Made by a program: the position numbers and the translations under genes. Under the pieces are notes generated by a model. The model did no database searches. It was given only the letters and a program-made list of their open reading frames with translations, and was not told where the DNA came from. A stretch of DNA of 53,146 bases, from IMG/VR virus record IMGVR_UViG_3300025108_000070, positions 1 through 53,146 of that record. The stretch is one strand, 5' to 3'. Below, piece by piece: positions 18,301 through 27,452 of the stretch. The stretch's first letter is position 1, and each line of letters begins with the position of its first letter. The DNA is from a virus. Its lineage: Duplodnaviria > Caudoviricetes.

Positions 18301-21082
18301 TAGGATTTACGATGCTGGTGAAATATTATTACCAGATAGTGCAAAAAATACTACTATTGATGCAGACAATACAAGTGTTTGGTTAAGAGTGGATGCTGGA
18401 TACGATAAACTTATAAGATTAAGTGAAGTAAAAGGTATGAAAAAGAATTATAGAAAAATACAAACATTGGGCGAATTAGCTGAAGCGTTGCCAGAAAATT
18501 ACCAAGTAAATATAGTTTCAGAAAGACAGCCACATACAAAAACTTCTAGTATTATGCCTGTTGCGTTAAAAGGCTTTAAAGATAGTAGAGATGGTAATAT
18601 TGTAGCATTAAATCAATCGGATTTAAAAAGAGCGGCAGAAGGTGATTTTGACATTGATACAATCAATTATTTTGCAAGTATGCCACACGATGTTATGTTA
18701 GAATACGCAGTAAATAGAGCTAGGGTTAGAGATTCCGTAGACACTATTGGATTAGGTGAAGGAAATAATATGGCAAGTTGGAAAAATTTAGATATGGACA
18801 ATCCAAATAGCCAAATAAATTATTTAAGACAATTAGAAAAAGCTAAGATACAATTAGGAACTACGATGAAATCTCAAACTAATTTAGCTTGGTTTTTAAA
18901 CAATGCAAGTAAAGCAGATTCTCAGTATAGAAGAATAGTAGACCCTATTTATGGTTCTGATGGCGCAGTTATGGGAAGCAATGGACCAGGTGAATCTGTA
19001 GGAGGTATGTTATTAAAATTACCAGAAAATACATATATACACTTTAAAAAAGGTGCAGATATAAATCAAGTATATCAAGAAATTGCTAATATGAATCAAC
19101 ATATTGTAGATATGGACAATGGATTTAATACTGGTGTATTTAAAGATACAAATAGCGTTTATAATAGAATATTCTTTGGAGAAAATGGATTATTTGAAGT
19201 GTATAAAATGTCAGAATTTAAAGTAACTGAAACAATTAATGGGCAAGTTCGTCAAAGAAGCGATAAAATGCTTGTTAAGCAAGATAGTGAAATAGATATT
19301 AAATATAAAGAAGCTATTACAAATCGTTTAATTAGACCTTACACAGAATTGTTAAATGCTTCTCAATATATATTTGATAAAGGTCAACAACAATCTCCTA
19401 GTCTAAATAATTTAATGAGACAAATTAAAGAATATAATAGTAACATGAGACAAGCTGAATATTTAATAGCTAAAGACTTAGGTGTTAAATACGAAAAAGG
19501 AACAATACTTGCAGGGTTTGGAGACAATGCTCAAATTAAATCTAATAGAACAGGAGAAGGTTTTAGTAGAACTAACATGGTATACGATACTTTATTAGCT
19601 CAAATATTACACGTAGGGGAATTAAAACTAAAAAATACTAGAGATAGCATTGTTGATAAAAGTGAGAATTTAGATGGGAGCTTAGATAAGTTTTTAATGA
19701 GTCAAGATATGATGGGAGATTTTAGTAGAAAAATTAAAAAAGATTCTGAAAAATGGGATTATGCAAATGCCTTAGAAAACAAAATTAGAGAATTGAAAAA
19801 ATTAAGAAACAAGACTATGTCTAATTTTACAAAAACTCAACTTTCTGAAAAAATTAAAAATTTAGAAGAATTTAAAGATAATATTAAAGAAGAAATAGAT
19901 ATTGGTCCAGATATCAGGAATCAAATAGTAGAACACAAAATGAAACAAGCTGAATATGAATATTATAAAGATAATCGTAAAGCAATGGATTCAGATACTA
20001 GAAAGAAAAAAAGAAAATTATTTGAAGAACAAGTTAAAAAAGGTAAAAATGTAGTAGAAGAAATAGGTTACGACCATGAAGTTGTAAGAGCTATGGCTTT
20101 AGTAGAAGGTTTTGGTAAATATACTAATATGAGTTTCTCAGAATTGGGAATGGATAGAACTAATTTTGCAGAATTAAGTAAAGCTGCTAGTGCTACAAGA
20201 CGTGATTTTGGTATTGCATGGAGTGCTTTTAGAAACGGAGAAACAGCACAATTAAGTCACCGTGATGGACAAGCTGGCGAAAAAATAGCTTTTGTAAATG
20301 AAGCACATATATATCAATATTTTACTAATAGAATGAGAGAAGAATCTGTAGGTTTTAATACTATGCAAGAACAAAATATTTATATTGCAAAAATTATGAC
20401 TCCTAAAGTAGATTTTACTAGAGTTATTAAATATAAAGACTTATATTTTCCTACTCCAGAATCTAAAAGAATTGAAAAATACATAAAACTTGGATTAAGA
20501 TATAATTCACAATTTTTTGGAAATCAAATGCAACTTAATTTCTTGAAAGGTATGTCTAAGTCTTATGAGATGTCATTACAGTATTTAACTACTGGGCATC
20601 CAAATTCTTTTGAATCTAATTCAATTTTAGGAGAAAGATTAAAACAGTCAAATGAAGGAGGATTTTATTTTGACCCATTTACTTACGCAGCTAATCACGG
20701 TAAAATAGATTTGATAAACGCTTTAAATCCTAATGCAACTGAATATTCTAGATTAAGCGGCTATCATCAAATGCATAAATTGTTTGGTACTGGATTAATT
20801 AAAGATACAGTTAATATGCACGTAATGAATGCAATACCTGTTGGTATGATAGGAAATGTTGGTAGACATTCTAGGGCAATATCTTTAAATGGACAATCTG
20901 ACTTGCAAAAAATGAATGAAATAGATAATAGTGTATTTATAATGAGCGGTAATCGAGGTTCTGTGTTTGATGTTGGTCAACAACTATATAATTTAAACCC
21001 TTACAAATCAGAACGCTCTAAATATTCTCCTAGTGAATGGACTGCTGAAAAAAATAAAGAAAACAATAAATGGTGTGACTAA
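12395..21082 (+). CDS. Giant virion protein with crAss-type single-chain two-barrel RNA polymerase domain
   Basis: EGDFDID (DFDID at 18644-18658) plus ordered NGITFVS, GGIKP, SASKK, GEILLP, ERQP, HIVD motifs. Confidence 0.75.
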   Translation: MPTLEEILKKRFESNVAGVSQNTRNIVQSDNTAQSNTNPQNRGMNFYSQSQPAQIKEKSMYQGLGAGMWDFTREFGEGLFDTATFGAVSALSDWEPEDDKVSEAAKWGGDIGTAAGFLIPFGAGKAAISKTVQAVSKASGVKIGKNIADDVFKQSDDLGIAFAKKNLDEGASVVADDVTKLGIAGAFKKHVLDEKLIKPLAGFDDALADATKRKAFWEQVDDEGMTILREFAEAKGFTVTEKAANQINSIVVNSIAKGGGRPVSNLAGLVAKKLGDGKKASFYSHMFEEAMVFAAVDNVLHGIDAAAGEHDWDPLSTTTHALALGHALGAVRFIPGGIKGGTMGIFNLKGVDKVRAIMKGTSAKGYNLGTDAGQQAVGRQFSVLGGINSTELGGVELSRIVSSYLTRGGAKPGQKISKQHIERLRKLGLDEPDPVSILNKLDNGTKEQKKAAAELMRDVIQNVHGQARNQWKSEFKKALKQDWLGGGEAGIGSMPRMLIGGITMAGGPGIFMDENLTMGDKARALLIGAFLLKHGKELTYKDYNTKTWERYEGTFMGGRKPMGSFSERFRDADVLVRALGGKMESKNNLMWGALQYQVYNDARHDRHMNQNSEGYSNPEVLDGLKKLWEFKSNEKADDMFRVDLESETSQRTIEKNKRGPQVEGELGWKLLYQRMATDSKFDSIVGEGKRPKDWSELTVGQKKVYIEKMKEMNFKPGMRGIVKMNKLYHSANHDLFDLVKSNLTDNVKEIANILNNEGKVPDKLWEFDSETKTYTFRKIEISEVIGKLNEVQQWQVIQYNHMINAIAKHGPHKIAKEKIKFNDNTMPGKEAWDSFAKKTILAKQQSNKDFGIGKESQFEYSDMWFQSAFNYHEFYRVNEVSMKELDRFVEKNPEIIALLRTTGSDMADASIALKIKIKEAKNDKNESAKDMESNLNDFLKAVRLTQRSAGTFSAGAVKELTMKDARKIMKSLENHKEPILAFKNYNDKYMAKQSREAALNSKKNELLDETLVLDSEGKKQPLTDEDFRIIEMLEAENIILPGTFTIRSWARELFDISDALSKKGTPLEFKDNTEFLKILKENGADAKTIESVENLLKLESFAGSPKAIQDVIKVYENSIKRYMRNETNGTGILENSPGEKIALTEIQIRELVDNINNLENGGQYTSEKLMLEALRKEFLESGRDWSAFENEAKAKKYILSALTSGNLKSKDAVDVVALSMEWGIYDFYGSKFKKLNETQWQGVFEKMKKAVDTQWVDSESVIQRRYEELLDQKGIDPGEYNKLDIEQVLANNKFDKFAVPKDSRLSHKAYIQNKFMNEYNSDINKFTTDFMQDFIKNNKDSRVTDSEMANTVISLLAENNKSIRIRKYKFNAESPNKTTHSNDTVRKTHVIDRIERMFGQNAEIAILEGTNVTFGGMRASLFNTDNRIQVGDAMLSGQYRTQNEKMDLYGDGFEFGNTSYFMYQYGGNKYAYLIEKSNSSIKTMTTEYKNYLNRLENEGVISKEEKAERLEKTGFITDGTEITYKEGATSETTNNNLKKMLDDYILGDILGESAWWGGIQKSKGKEAAKIFKRLKLFDNISAKRFDTKTVNELSDFVSKNPDWFGGDKQVGKDLKRFANGEWKEVILRDEGGNNTWSYGGQDFGIADIHSVMKQEIQNLADKMSEIEIAKANKKINSNDADTLLNGLQIEIDNLTGDIASGKLADASNVNGITFVSDRAFKALQVLAGHTDPGIGGIKPIVLRTGENMYVNKTAFARKSEFAQLFASNKVDFITFTSASKKIGEYKVPTYSSQQFFNGLKPEVVLKGGLDVHTIRPEDMQIVSVKAAKNEASIGINHANELTTSRDSFMNYVWGKEGESKLGEFRNKGSLWTNPKRWIEQISQFKLWRKSKSQEKGSQELDNADFALLDIMAENNIHPDLLRFEKDKMWFTNEVEPLLKPKLPGGQAVLVPDIDISGKKTLRDTILVGDRIYDAGEILLPDSAKNTTIDADNTSVWLRVDAGYDKLIRLSEVKGMKKNYRKIQTLGELAEALPENYQVNIVSERQPHTKTSSIMPVALKGFKDSRDGNIVALNQSDLKRAAEGDFDIDTINYFASMPHDVMLEYAVNRARVRDSVDTIGLGEGNNMASWKNLDMDNPNSQINYLRQLEKAKIQLGTTMKSQTNLAWFLNNASKADSQYRRIVDPIYGSDGAVMGSNGPGESVGGMLLKLPENTYIHFKKGADINQVYQEIANMNQHIVDMDNGFNTGVFKDTNSVYNRIFFGENGLFEVYKMSEFKVTETINGQVRQRSDKMLVKQDSEIDIKYKEAITNRLIRPYTELLNASQYIFDKGQQQSPSLNNLMRQIKEYNSNMRQAEYLIAKDLGVKYEKGTILAGFGDNAQIKSNRTGEGFSRTNMVYDTLLAQILHVGELKLKNTRDSIVDKSENLDGSLDKFLMSQDMMGDFSRKIKKDSEKWDYANALENKIRELKKLRNKTMSNFTKTQLSEKIKNLEEFKDNIKEEIDIGPDIRNQIVEHKMKQAEYEYYKDNRKAMDSDTRKKKRKLFEEQVKKGKNVVEEIGYDHEVVRAMALVEGFGKYTNMSFSELGMDRTNFAELSKAASATRRDFGIAWSAFRNGETAQLSHRDGQAGEKIAFVNEAHIYQYFTNRMREESVGFNTMQEQNIYIAKIMTPKVDFTRVIKYKDLYFPTPESKRIEKYIKLGLRYNSQFFGNQMQLNFLKGMSKSYEMSLQYLTTGHPNSFESNSILGERLKQSNEGGFYFDPFTYAANHGKIDLINALNPNATEYSRLSGYHQMHKLFGTGLIKDTVNMHVMNAIPVGMIGNVGRHSRAISLNGQSDLQKMNEIDNSVFIMSGNRGSVFDVGQQLYNLNPYKSERSKYSPSEWTAEKNKENNKWCD

Positions 21083-23805
21083 TGGGAAATTGTATACAAA
21101 CTGAACAAGAAAGAATTAATAAAAAAAACTTTTTAGAAATGGCTAAAGAATTTGAAACTCTTCCTGGTATAGAACAATATGGTAATCACGCTACTGGTAT
21201 GTGGAAACGAATTGTTCAAATGACTAAAGAAGCTAGTGAGGGTTATGATACAGTTAAAGGTGCAAAAAATAATGCTCCTACTGTAGAACAATTAAAGCTT
21301 ATGAGAAGAATTATGGATAGAGAAGTTAGGAAACTAACTAAAACTAGAGGCGGATTTGCTAAATGGCTATACCTTCCACAAGAAATATTTGGTGATGTAG
21401 ATTTTGTAGATAAATGGTACGTTGATGTACAGAAATCTAATGAAACATACAAAGGTCATACGCAATATTTTAATACACAGCTTAACAACATGATTACTGA
21501 ATTAACAACAGCTTCTGCTAACGCTGGTGCAAAATTTTCTAAATCTGAAAAAAAATTAAGAAAACATTATGCTAATTACAACAGAGAGAGAGTAAAAGGA
21601 AATCATGATAAAGCAAATGAAATAATGACAAACGAAATAGACCCTTTTATTAAAAGTAAAGAAGGAGAAGTGTTATCTGATTTTCATAAATTAGTTTCTG
21701 GAGGTAAGAAAAATTTTGAACAAAATAGTATAGGTAAAGATATAAATTTGAAAAGAGCTGCTGAAATATATTTAAATAAAGTTCAACCTAAGGCTACTGA
21801 AATTATGGTTCAAGGATTAAGAAACTATAGATGGTCTTTACAAAGAAATAATAGTATCTTAAAAAACTTTGAAAATTATTCTAAACTTACTAATAAAAAT
21901 AATACTGGTGTTTTAGATTCTATTATAGAAAGATTTGAATCAGGAAATTTACAAAAAGATGGATATTTTCCAGTATTAAGTTTTGATGTTATGCCTACAC
22001 TAGCTAGAGCATCAGAAAATATTTTTGCTTATGGAAATGGTAAAAAAAATCAAAGCGATTTTAATAAAGGCTATGATACTATTAAAAATTTAGACAAGAT
22101 AATAAATGAAAATATGTATATAAATAAACATTTAGGTAAAAGAACATTAGATATAGAAGGTCCTATAGATTACAATGTTATACCAATTATAGATTCTTAT
22201 GTTAGAAGTGCAACAAGATTTAATTATGTATCTTACAACAACGGTAAATATATTGATGTTATGAAAAATATAACAGATACATATAGTAAAGGTAAAAAAA
22301 CAGCGTTAGACAAAAAATTAAGCTTTTTAGAGTCTTATGTTTCTGACCACTATAATTTAATAACTGGTGAAAAAGTAAATAATAGTCCTGTAGCAAGTCA
22401 AATTGCTAGAAGTATAACAGCAGTTCAATTTGCTAGTAAACTAGGGTTAAATGTTAGAGGTGCAGCTAGAAACGCTACACAAAGTATGTTTAATTATATA
22501 TGGTTTGGTGCTAACGGAATGAATGAGCATAGAACTTTTAAAAAAGACGCTCAAATGCAAGAAAGATTAACTAACGGATTAGCAAATAATGGTATTTTGT
22601 TTCCAGAAATACAGGAAGTATATGGAAACTTAGCTTTAGATACAGTTTACGATGCTGGTACTGGTACATATAAATTAAAAATAGATAAAAGCATAGGAGA
22701 TAGAATAGGAGATGCTTTATCTAAAGTAGCTGAAAAAAGTGGTACTTTAATGACTTTAGTAGAAAATAAAGTTAATCGTAGATATACTTTTGAATTAGGT
22801 TACGCAATGCAATGGAAACTAGATAATGCAAATCCTAGATTAGAGGCTGAATTTCAACAATCTTTAAAAAGAGATTTAAAAAGAGAAGGTAAAAAAAGAA
22901 CTGTTGAAGAATTAAAAAGACCTGATGCTGAAAGAGATTTTCAGATATTTGAAAAAAATGATGCTACTGAATATCAGTATAGAATGGAAATGTGGAGAAG
23001 AAAACGTGCAGAAAATCATGGAAACAGTACTGTTAATAATCTTCATTACGACTATAGTATTACAGGTAAATCTAAAGTACTAACAACTCCTACAGGTTCG
23101 GTATTAGGACAATTCCAACATTATGGTTTAAACTTTTTTAATATGCAAAGAAAAATTGTAAGAGATGGTAAAGATGCTATGTTATCTGGTGATTGGAATA
23201 GTGCAGCTGGATGGAGAATGTATAGATTAGGTTCTATGTATGCTGTTATTAATGCAATAATTTCTCCTTTAACCAATGCAAACTGGGGAAATTTAGTACA
23301 AAACGACACTTATGAGCGTATACAAAATTATGTTGATGCAGCTTCTAGTGACCCTGAAAAAGCTAAAAAAGCATTCTTTGGTAAAGGTCCAGTATTAGGA
23401 ACTGTAGGTGGTCCAGCTATTGCAGATTTAGTTAGCTTAGGAAATCTATCTGGTCTGTATGAAATGAAAGAAGGAACTTGGGCTTCTTATCTTGCTGGTT
23501 ATCAGGATTGGACCGATACATCAGGAACAAGAAAAATGCAAGAACTTGTAAGAATTTTGAATACTCAGTTACATAGAAGTATATATTCTACTTTGCCTAA
23601 ATTTAGAGATGGAGTTAATCTTGGTGTTATTACTCAAGGAGAATTAGGATTATTTCCTACTAGTGAAACTAGAGATGCTAAAGAACGTTTACAGAAAATA
23701 CCAGGATTGGGACCTATGATAACTCCTAAAAATAAAGATAAGAAAAAATCTAAAGCTCCTAGAAACTTCAATGAAGAAGTCTTAAAAGCTTTAGATAATT
23801 TTTAG
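21082..23805 (+). CDS. Large putative ejection/internal virion protein
   Basis: 907 aa, helical, TAATG-coupled to the giant gene, last gene of + arm. Confidence 0.55.
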   Translation: MGNCIQTEQERINKKNFLEMAKEFETLPGIEQYGNHATGMWKRIVQMTKEASEGYDTVKGAKNNAPTVEQLKLMRRIMDREVRKLTKTRGGFAKWLYLPQEIFGDVDFVDKWYVDVQKSNETYKGHTQYFNTQLNNMITELTTASANAGAKFSKSEKKLRKHYANYNRERVKGNHDKANEIMTNEIDPFIKSKEGEVLSDFHKLVSGGKKNFEQNSIGKDINLKRAAEIYLNKVQPKATEIMVQGLRNYRWSLQRNNSILKNFENYSKLTNKNNTGVLDSIIERFESGNLQKDGYFPVLSFDVMPTLARASENIFAYGNGKKNQSDFNKGYDTIKNLDKIINENMYINKHLGKRTLDIEGPIDYNVIPIIDSYVRSATRFNYVSYNNGKYIDVMKNITDTYSKGKKTALDKKLSFLESYVSDHYNLITGEKVNNSPVASQIARSITAVQFASKLGLNVRGAARNATQSMFNYIWFGANGMNEHRTFKKDAQMQERLTNGLANNGILFPEIQEVYGNLALDTVYDAGTGTYKLKIDKSIGDRIGDALSKVAEKSGTLMTLVENKVNRRYTFELGYAMQWKLDNANPRLEAEFQQSLKRDLKREGKKRTVEELKRPDAERDFQIFEKNDATEYQYRMEMWRRKRAENHGNSTVNNLHYDYSITGKSKVLTTPTGSVLGQFQHYGLNFFNMQRKIVRDGKDAMLSGDWNSAAGWRMYRLGSMYAVINAIISPLTNANWGNLVQNDTYERIQNYVDAASSDPEKAKKAFFGKGPVLGTVGGPAIADLVSLGNLSGLYEMKEGTWASYLAGYQDWTDTSGTRKMQELVRILNTQLHRSIYSTLPKFRDGVNLGVITQGELGLFPTSETRDAKERLQKIPGLGPMITPKNKDKKKSKAPRNFNEEVLKALDNF

Positions 23806-24000
23806 TTATAGACTTTTACAAACTTCTGTAACTATTTTTAATTGATTTTTTACTTCTGTAAGTTTTTCTTGTTGTTCTTTTGTTAAACCTGTTTCAAAAT
23901 TATCCATTTCTATTTGTTTTGCAAATGCTTTCATGTCTTTTAGTGTTTTCCAAGCATAATTTCTTGTTGACCATCTAGTCGGTTTTTTAGTTTTTATCAT
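23806..24000 (-). CDS. Hypothetical protein
   Basis: RBS GGAGG; ATGA overlap with upstream gene. Confidence 0.65.
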   Translation of the reverse strand: MIKTKKPTRWSTRNYAWKTLKDMKAFAKQIEMDNFETGLTKEQQEKLTEVKNQLKIVTEVCKSL

Positions 24001-24440
24001 TTTTCCTCCATTAATGCGTACATTCCAATACAGATTGCGTCTGCATTTTTTAATGTAACTTTGTGATTATTACTTGCCCAATCTTGAGCAACTTTCTTAA
24101 AATATCTTTTTCGTTCTGCATAGTCTTTTGGTATCTCTCCTCCAATGAACTGTTGCCATACTTTAGGCAATACATCTACTCTTTCTAGTTTTAATGACGC
24201 TATAATACCTAACCAAACGCCATAATTTTCACCAAAAGTAAAAGCACCTCTTTCGTAAGGTCTAGCCCACACTCTTTCTATGTATACTTTAGGTTTCTTA
24301 CGACCTATAGCATTTCTTATAACTTTAACCATATCTTCAGGTTCCCTGGAAGTAGGACAATTGGTAGTGAATTGGAGGTTCGTTGAGTCGAAGAAAGCAA
24401 CTGCCCCACTCCATCCAGGGTCTATAGTTATAATTTTCAT
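23997..24440 (-). CDS. RuvC-like Holliday junction resolvase
   Basis: ITIDPG..GAVA, VYIE, FTFG..YG, P..WQ, ADAICI. Confidence 0.8.
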   Translation of the reverse strand: MKIITIDPGWSGAVAFFDSTNLQFTTNCPTSREPEDMVKVIRNAIGRKKPKVYIERVWARPYERGAFTFGENYGVWLGIIASLKLERVDVLPKVWQQFIGGEIPKDYAERKRYFKKVAQDWASNNHKVTLKNADAICIGMYALMEEK

Positions 24441-25789
24441 TTATTCATCATTCTAATTGCTTCATTTCGGTCAAAGTATACGCTACATTTATCTCCATTA
24501 AAGCCCATATTATAAGAGCCTAATTGTCCATATCTAGCTTTTTGACATATTACTTCAATCTCATACCTATCATTGTCTCTATTGTCTACCGCATAAGGAT
24601 AGTATACAAAGAACGCCGCTTCAGCAGTTTGTTCAATTACACCACTTTCCGCAAAGTCTGATAACTTAGGTCTAGGGTCTAATCTTCTTTCAATTTCTCT
24701 ATTTAATTGTGATACTAATATAGCACTACACTTAATTTTCTTACAAATCCACTTATAGTCAAGCATTATATCTTCTATTTCAAACCTTCTGTCCTTATTA
24801 CCTCCATCTGTACGAATAAGTTGGATATAATCATCAAGGACTACATCTGGTTTTTCTTTGCTTATCTCTTTCATGGCATCTGCGAGTGTTTTACAATCAT
24901 CTAACATAATTAAGTTCTTGTATTTTTCACCAAGAGCCTCTTTCTTTAAATTGATTTGTGTAATCTCTTTGCTAATATCAGATGCTTTTCTAATTCGTTC
25001 ATAACTAAACTCTTGAAATTCCATTACTAAAATCTTTTTCATCATTTCAACATTAGTCATCTCACGATTAAATAACATAACTTTCTTACCTTGTTCAAGT
25101 AATCGTTTAACAATATTAATAATCATAGTAGTTTTACCATGTCCTGGTCTACCACCTACAACTGTAATCTCACCTCTAGTCATACCACCAGCTGCTTTAT
25201 CTAGCTGTTCAATACCAAAGGGTATTAAGTTAGTCCCTTCTTTTAATGCTTCTACTGTATTGGTTAATATGTCTTTAGTTTCAACTACTTTACTTGGAGC
25301 AAAATCTTTTAAATCCTGTATAATCTTTTCATGTTGATGTAAGACTTCTACAATATCATCTGTATTTTGTAAAGTTAAGTTATATAATATCTGGGAACTC
25401 TTTACCGCTTTACGTTGTATAAACTTATACCAAATGTTCTTAGCGTAAGTTTCAGCGTTCGCAGTAGTAGGAACTCCATTAGCCATTCCAGTTAAATAAT
25501 ATGTAGTTAAAGTATGGTCTGTGCAATTATCTCTTAAATCTCCGAATACTGTTACCGTATCTATTGGAACATTGTTTTTATAAAGCCTTGAAAACGATTT
25601 CCACAACTCTTGATGCTTAGTGGTATAAAATGCTTTCTCTTCCCTTATAATAGATTTTGCTTTTTCATAGATTTCATCACCTTCTAACAAAATACTTCCC
25701 AATAAAGCTATTTCTGCTTCTTCATTCTTGGGCATAGGTTCCATACTATTTGTCTGTTTAAGTTTTCTTTTATCTGTTATCTCTTTCAT
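24437..25789 (-). CDS. dnaB: Replicative DNA helicase, DnaB family
   Basis: N-terminal EAE.ALLGSIL; Walker A GRPGHGKT; DYIQL; SQLNR; RPKLSD..ESG.IEQ. Confidence 0.95.
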   Translation of the reverse strand: MKEITDKRKLKQTNSMEPMPKNEEAEIALLGSILLEGDEIYEKAKSIIREEKAFYTTKHQELWKSFSRLYKNNVPIDTVTVFGDLRDNCTDHTLTTYYLTGMANGVPTTANAETYAKNIWYKFIQRKAVKSSQILYNLTLQNTDDIVEVLHQHEKIIQDLKDFAPSKVVETKDILTNTVEALKEGTNLIPFGIEQLDKAAGGMTRGEITVVGGRPGHGKTTMIINIVKRLLEQGKKVMLFNREMTNVEMMKKILVMEFQEFSYERIRKASDISKEITQINLKKEALGEKYKNLIMLDDCKTLADAMKEISKEKPDVVLDDYIQLIRTDGGNKDRRFEIEDIMLDYKWICKKIKCSAILVSQLNREIERRLDPRPKLSDFAESGVIEQTAEAAFFVYYPYAVDNRDNDRYEIEVICQKARYGQLGSYNMGFNGDKCSVYFDRNEAIRMMNK

Positions 25790-26631
25790 AACACCTCCGA
25801 TTCTGTAAATAAACTAATTTGTCTTTCTTTTGGAATATAGTTTGTAATAACTAACTCATTCTTTTTTTCATCACTATGTAATTGACCAGCATATTTAATA
25901 GGTATTATATCTATAAAATAAAATCTATACATTTGCCATATTTCAGGTCTATCATCATAAGACACCATAAACTTTCCCCCGCCTGCATCAATTTCATCGC
26001 AAACTTCTTTTAAGCCTAAGTGGTCGTCTTCTGTAAATGAATGTATATAGTAATCATTTCTATCTGTAGCTGCAAAGTAAGGAGGGTCTAAATACCACAT
26101 ATCTCCTTTTTTTGGCTCATACTTTTCAATTAACTTTCTAAAATCCATATTTTCAATAAATACATTATTTAGTTTTTTTCTACTTGGTTCTAAATCAGCC
26201 AGAATATCATCATTCCATTTAGCAGCGCTACTAATTGGCAAGAAAGGGCTTTTGTTAAACGCCGTTTTCAATACAAAGAAGTACATTGCCGCTCTTTTAT
26301 AATCTGGTATGTCTACTTTTGAATTACTATGTATTAGTTTTCTATAGTCTTCGTGAAGAGTTCTAGACAATAGTATATGTTTACAATAATGTCTAAACTT
26401 ATCGAAATCCTCCGCTACTGAAATATACAAATTTATTATATCATTATGCAAGTCATTTAATATGTTTACTTGTGCTTTGTCTTTTCTAAAGAACATACTT
26501 CCTCCACCAAGAAATACTTCAATATATCGTTCATGACTATGAAGCTTAGGAACAAGTTGTCTTGATAAACTATATTTACCTCCATAATAAGGGAATATAG
26601 TTGGACAATCATTCTTCATTTTTTGGTCCAC
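25786..26631 (-). CDS. N6-adenine DNA methyltransferase (Dam/D12 class)
   Basis: YYGGK, YIEVFLGGGS, ND, DPPY, FMVSY, ELVITNY. Confidence 0.9.
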   Translation of the reverse strand: MDQKMKNDCPTIFPYYGGKYSLSRQLVPKLHSHERYIEVFLGGGSMFFRKDKAQVNILNDLHNDIINLYISVAEDFDKFRHYCKHILLSRTLHEDYRKLIHSNSKVDIPDYKRAAMYFFVLKTAFNKSPFLPISSAAKWNDDILADLEPSRKKLNNVFIENMDFRKLIEKYEPKKGDMWYLDPPYFAATDRNDYYIHSFTEDDHLGLKEVCDEIDAGGGKFMVSYDDRPEIWQMYRFYFIDIIPIKYAGQLHSDEKKNELVITNYIPKERQISLFTESEVL

Positions 26632-26911
26632 TTCGGTATGTAGAGAGATAATGTTCTACTTTTGGTCCGCTACCAAATGTTTTCCAAAATATTAAATCGT
26701 GTGCATTTTCATAATATTTAAACATCCATTTATCTACAACACCACCAGCATAGTCTGGATGATATTCATTATTTAAGCACATATTAGACATCATTTGATG
26801 ATATACAGCTGTATAAAACATTTTATCACTAAGATAATCACCAATTACCCACCAAGGGTCATCTCCATTTTCATATATATCGCATAGTTCTTCAAAATTA
26901 TATCTCTTCAT
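26609..26911 (-). CDS. Hypothetical protein
   Basis: Overlapping operon ORF. Confidence 0.65.
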   Translation of the reverse strand: MKRYNFEELCDIYENGDDPWWVIGDYLSDKMFYTAVYHQMMSNMCLNNEYHPDYAGGVVDKWMFKYYENAHDLIFWKTFGSGPKVEHYLSTYRSGPKNEE

Positions 26912-27254
26912 TTTTGTCCCCTTTTACTTGCTTATATAAATCAATAAATGAATCATTGCTTTCTACGCCAACTGGTAAAACATGAGAACAAAGCCCAGCT
27001 TTCTTAAATCCTTTTCTACGTGCATCAGTCATTCCAACGTGTAAAGCACCTGGACCATTTCCTTCATCATCCATTCCAATAAAGAAAGTATCACCTTCAT
27101 CTGTTTGAAAACAAAGCCCAGTACCTTCTTCTGGATAATCTCTATCCCATTCTTGCCACCAAACATCTGTTATTGTTCTATTTTTTAATAGCATTTGTGC
27201 TGATTGATACCACATTTTAGTTCTATCGTATTTCTTTTGTAAACTTTCTTTCAC
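26898..27254 (-). CDS. Hypothetical protein (DDEGNGPGAL motif)
   Basis: RBS GGAGG; operon ORF. Confidence 0.7.
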   Translation of the reverse strand: MKESLQKKYDRTKMWYQSAQMLLKNRTITDVWWQEWDRDYPEEGTGLCFQTDEGDTFFIGMDDEGNGPGALHVGMTDARRKGFKKAGLCSHVLPVGVESNDSFIDLYKQVKGDKNEEI

Positions 27255-27452
27255 TTAACCCTCCATATGTTTAAGTCTTAAATGTTCATCTCTTAAGTGA
27301 TTTAATTCAGATATATCATCTTCTATTTCACCTAATCTTGACATAAATTCATCTGTTATACCTTCTGTATCTAAATAATATCCTGTTTCTTCATCAAAAG
27401 AATAATATATATTTACACTTATAGTGTCATCTATTTGTTTTTCTTTTTCCAT
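27255..27452 (-). CDS. Hypothetical acidic protein
   Basis: RBS GAGG; operon ORF. Confidence 0.65.
   Translation of the reverse strand: MEKEKQIDDTISVNIYYSFDEETGYYLDTEGITDEFMSRLGEIEDDISELNHLRDEHLRLKHMEG

Noticed and set aside
79-23309. Minus-strand ORFs inside + arm genes (e.g. 79-357, 1074-1268, 14330-14581, 17314-17583)
   Set aside because: Antisense shadows of real genes, with no RBS and S/L/F/I-rich composition
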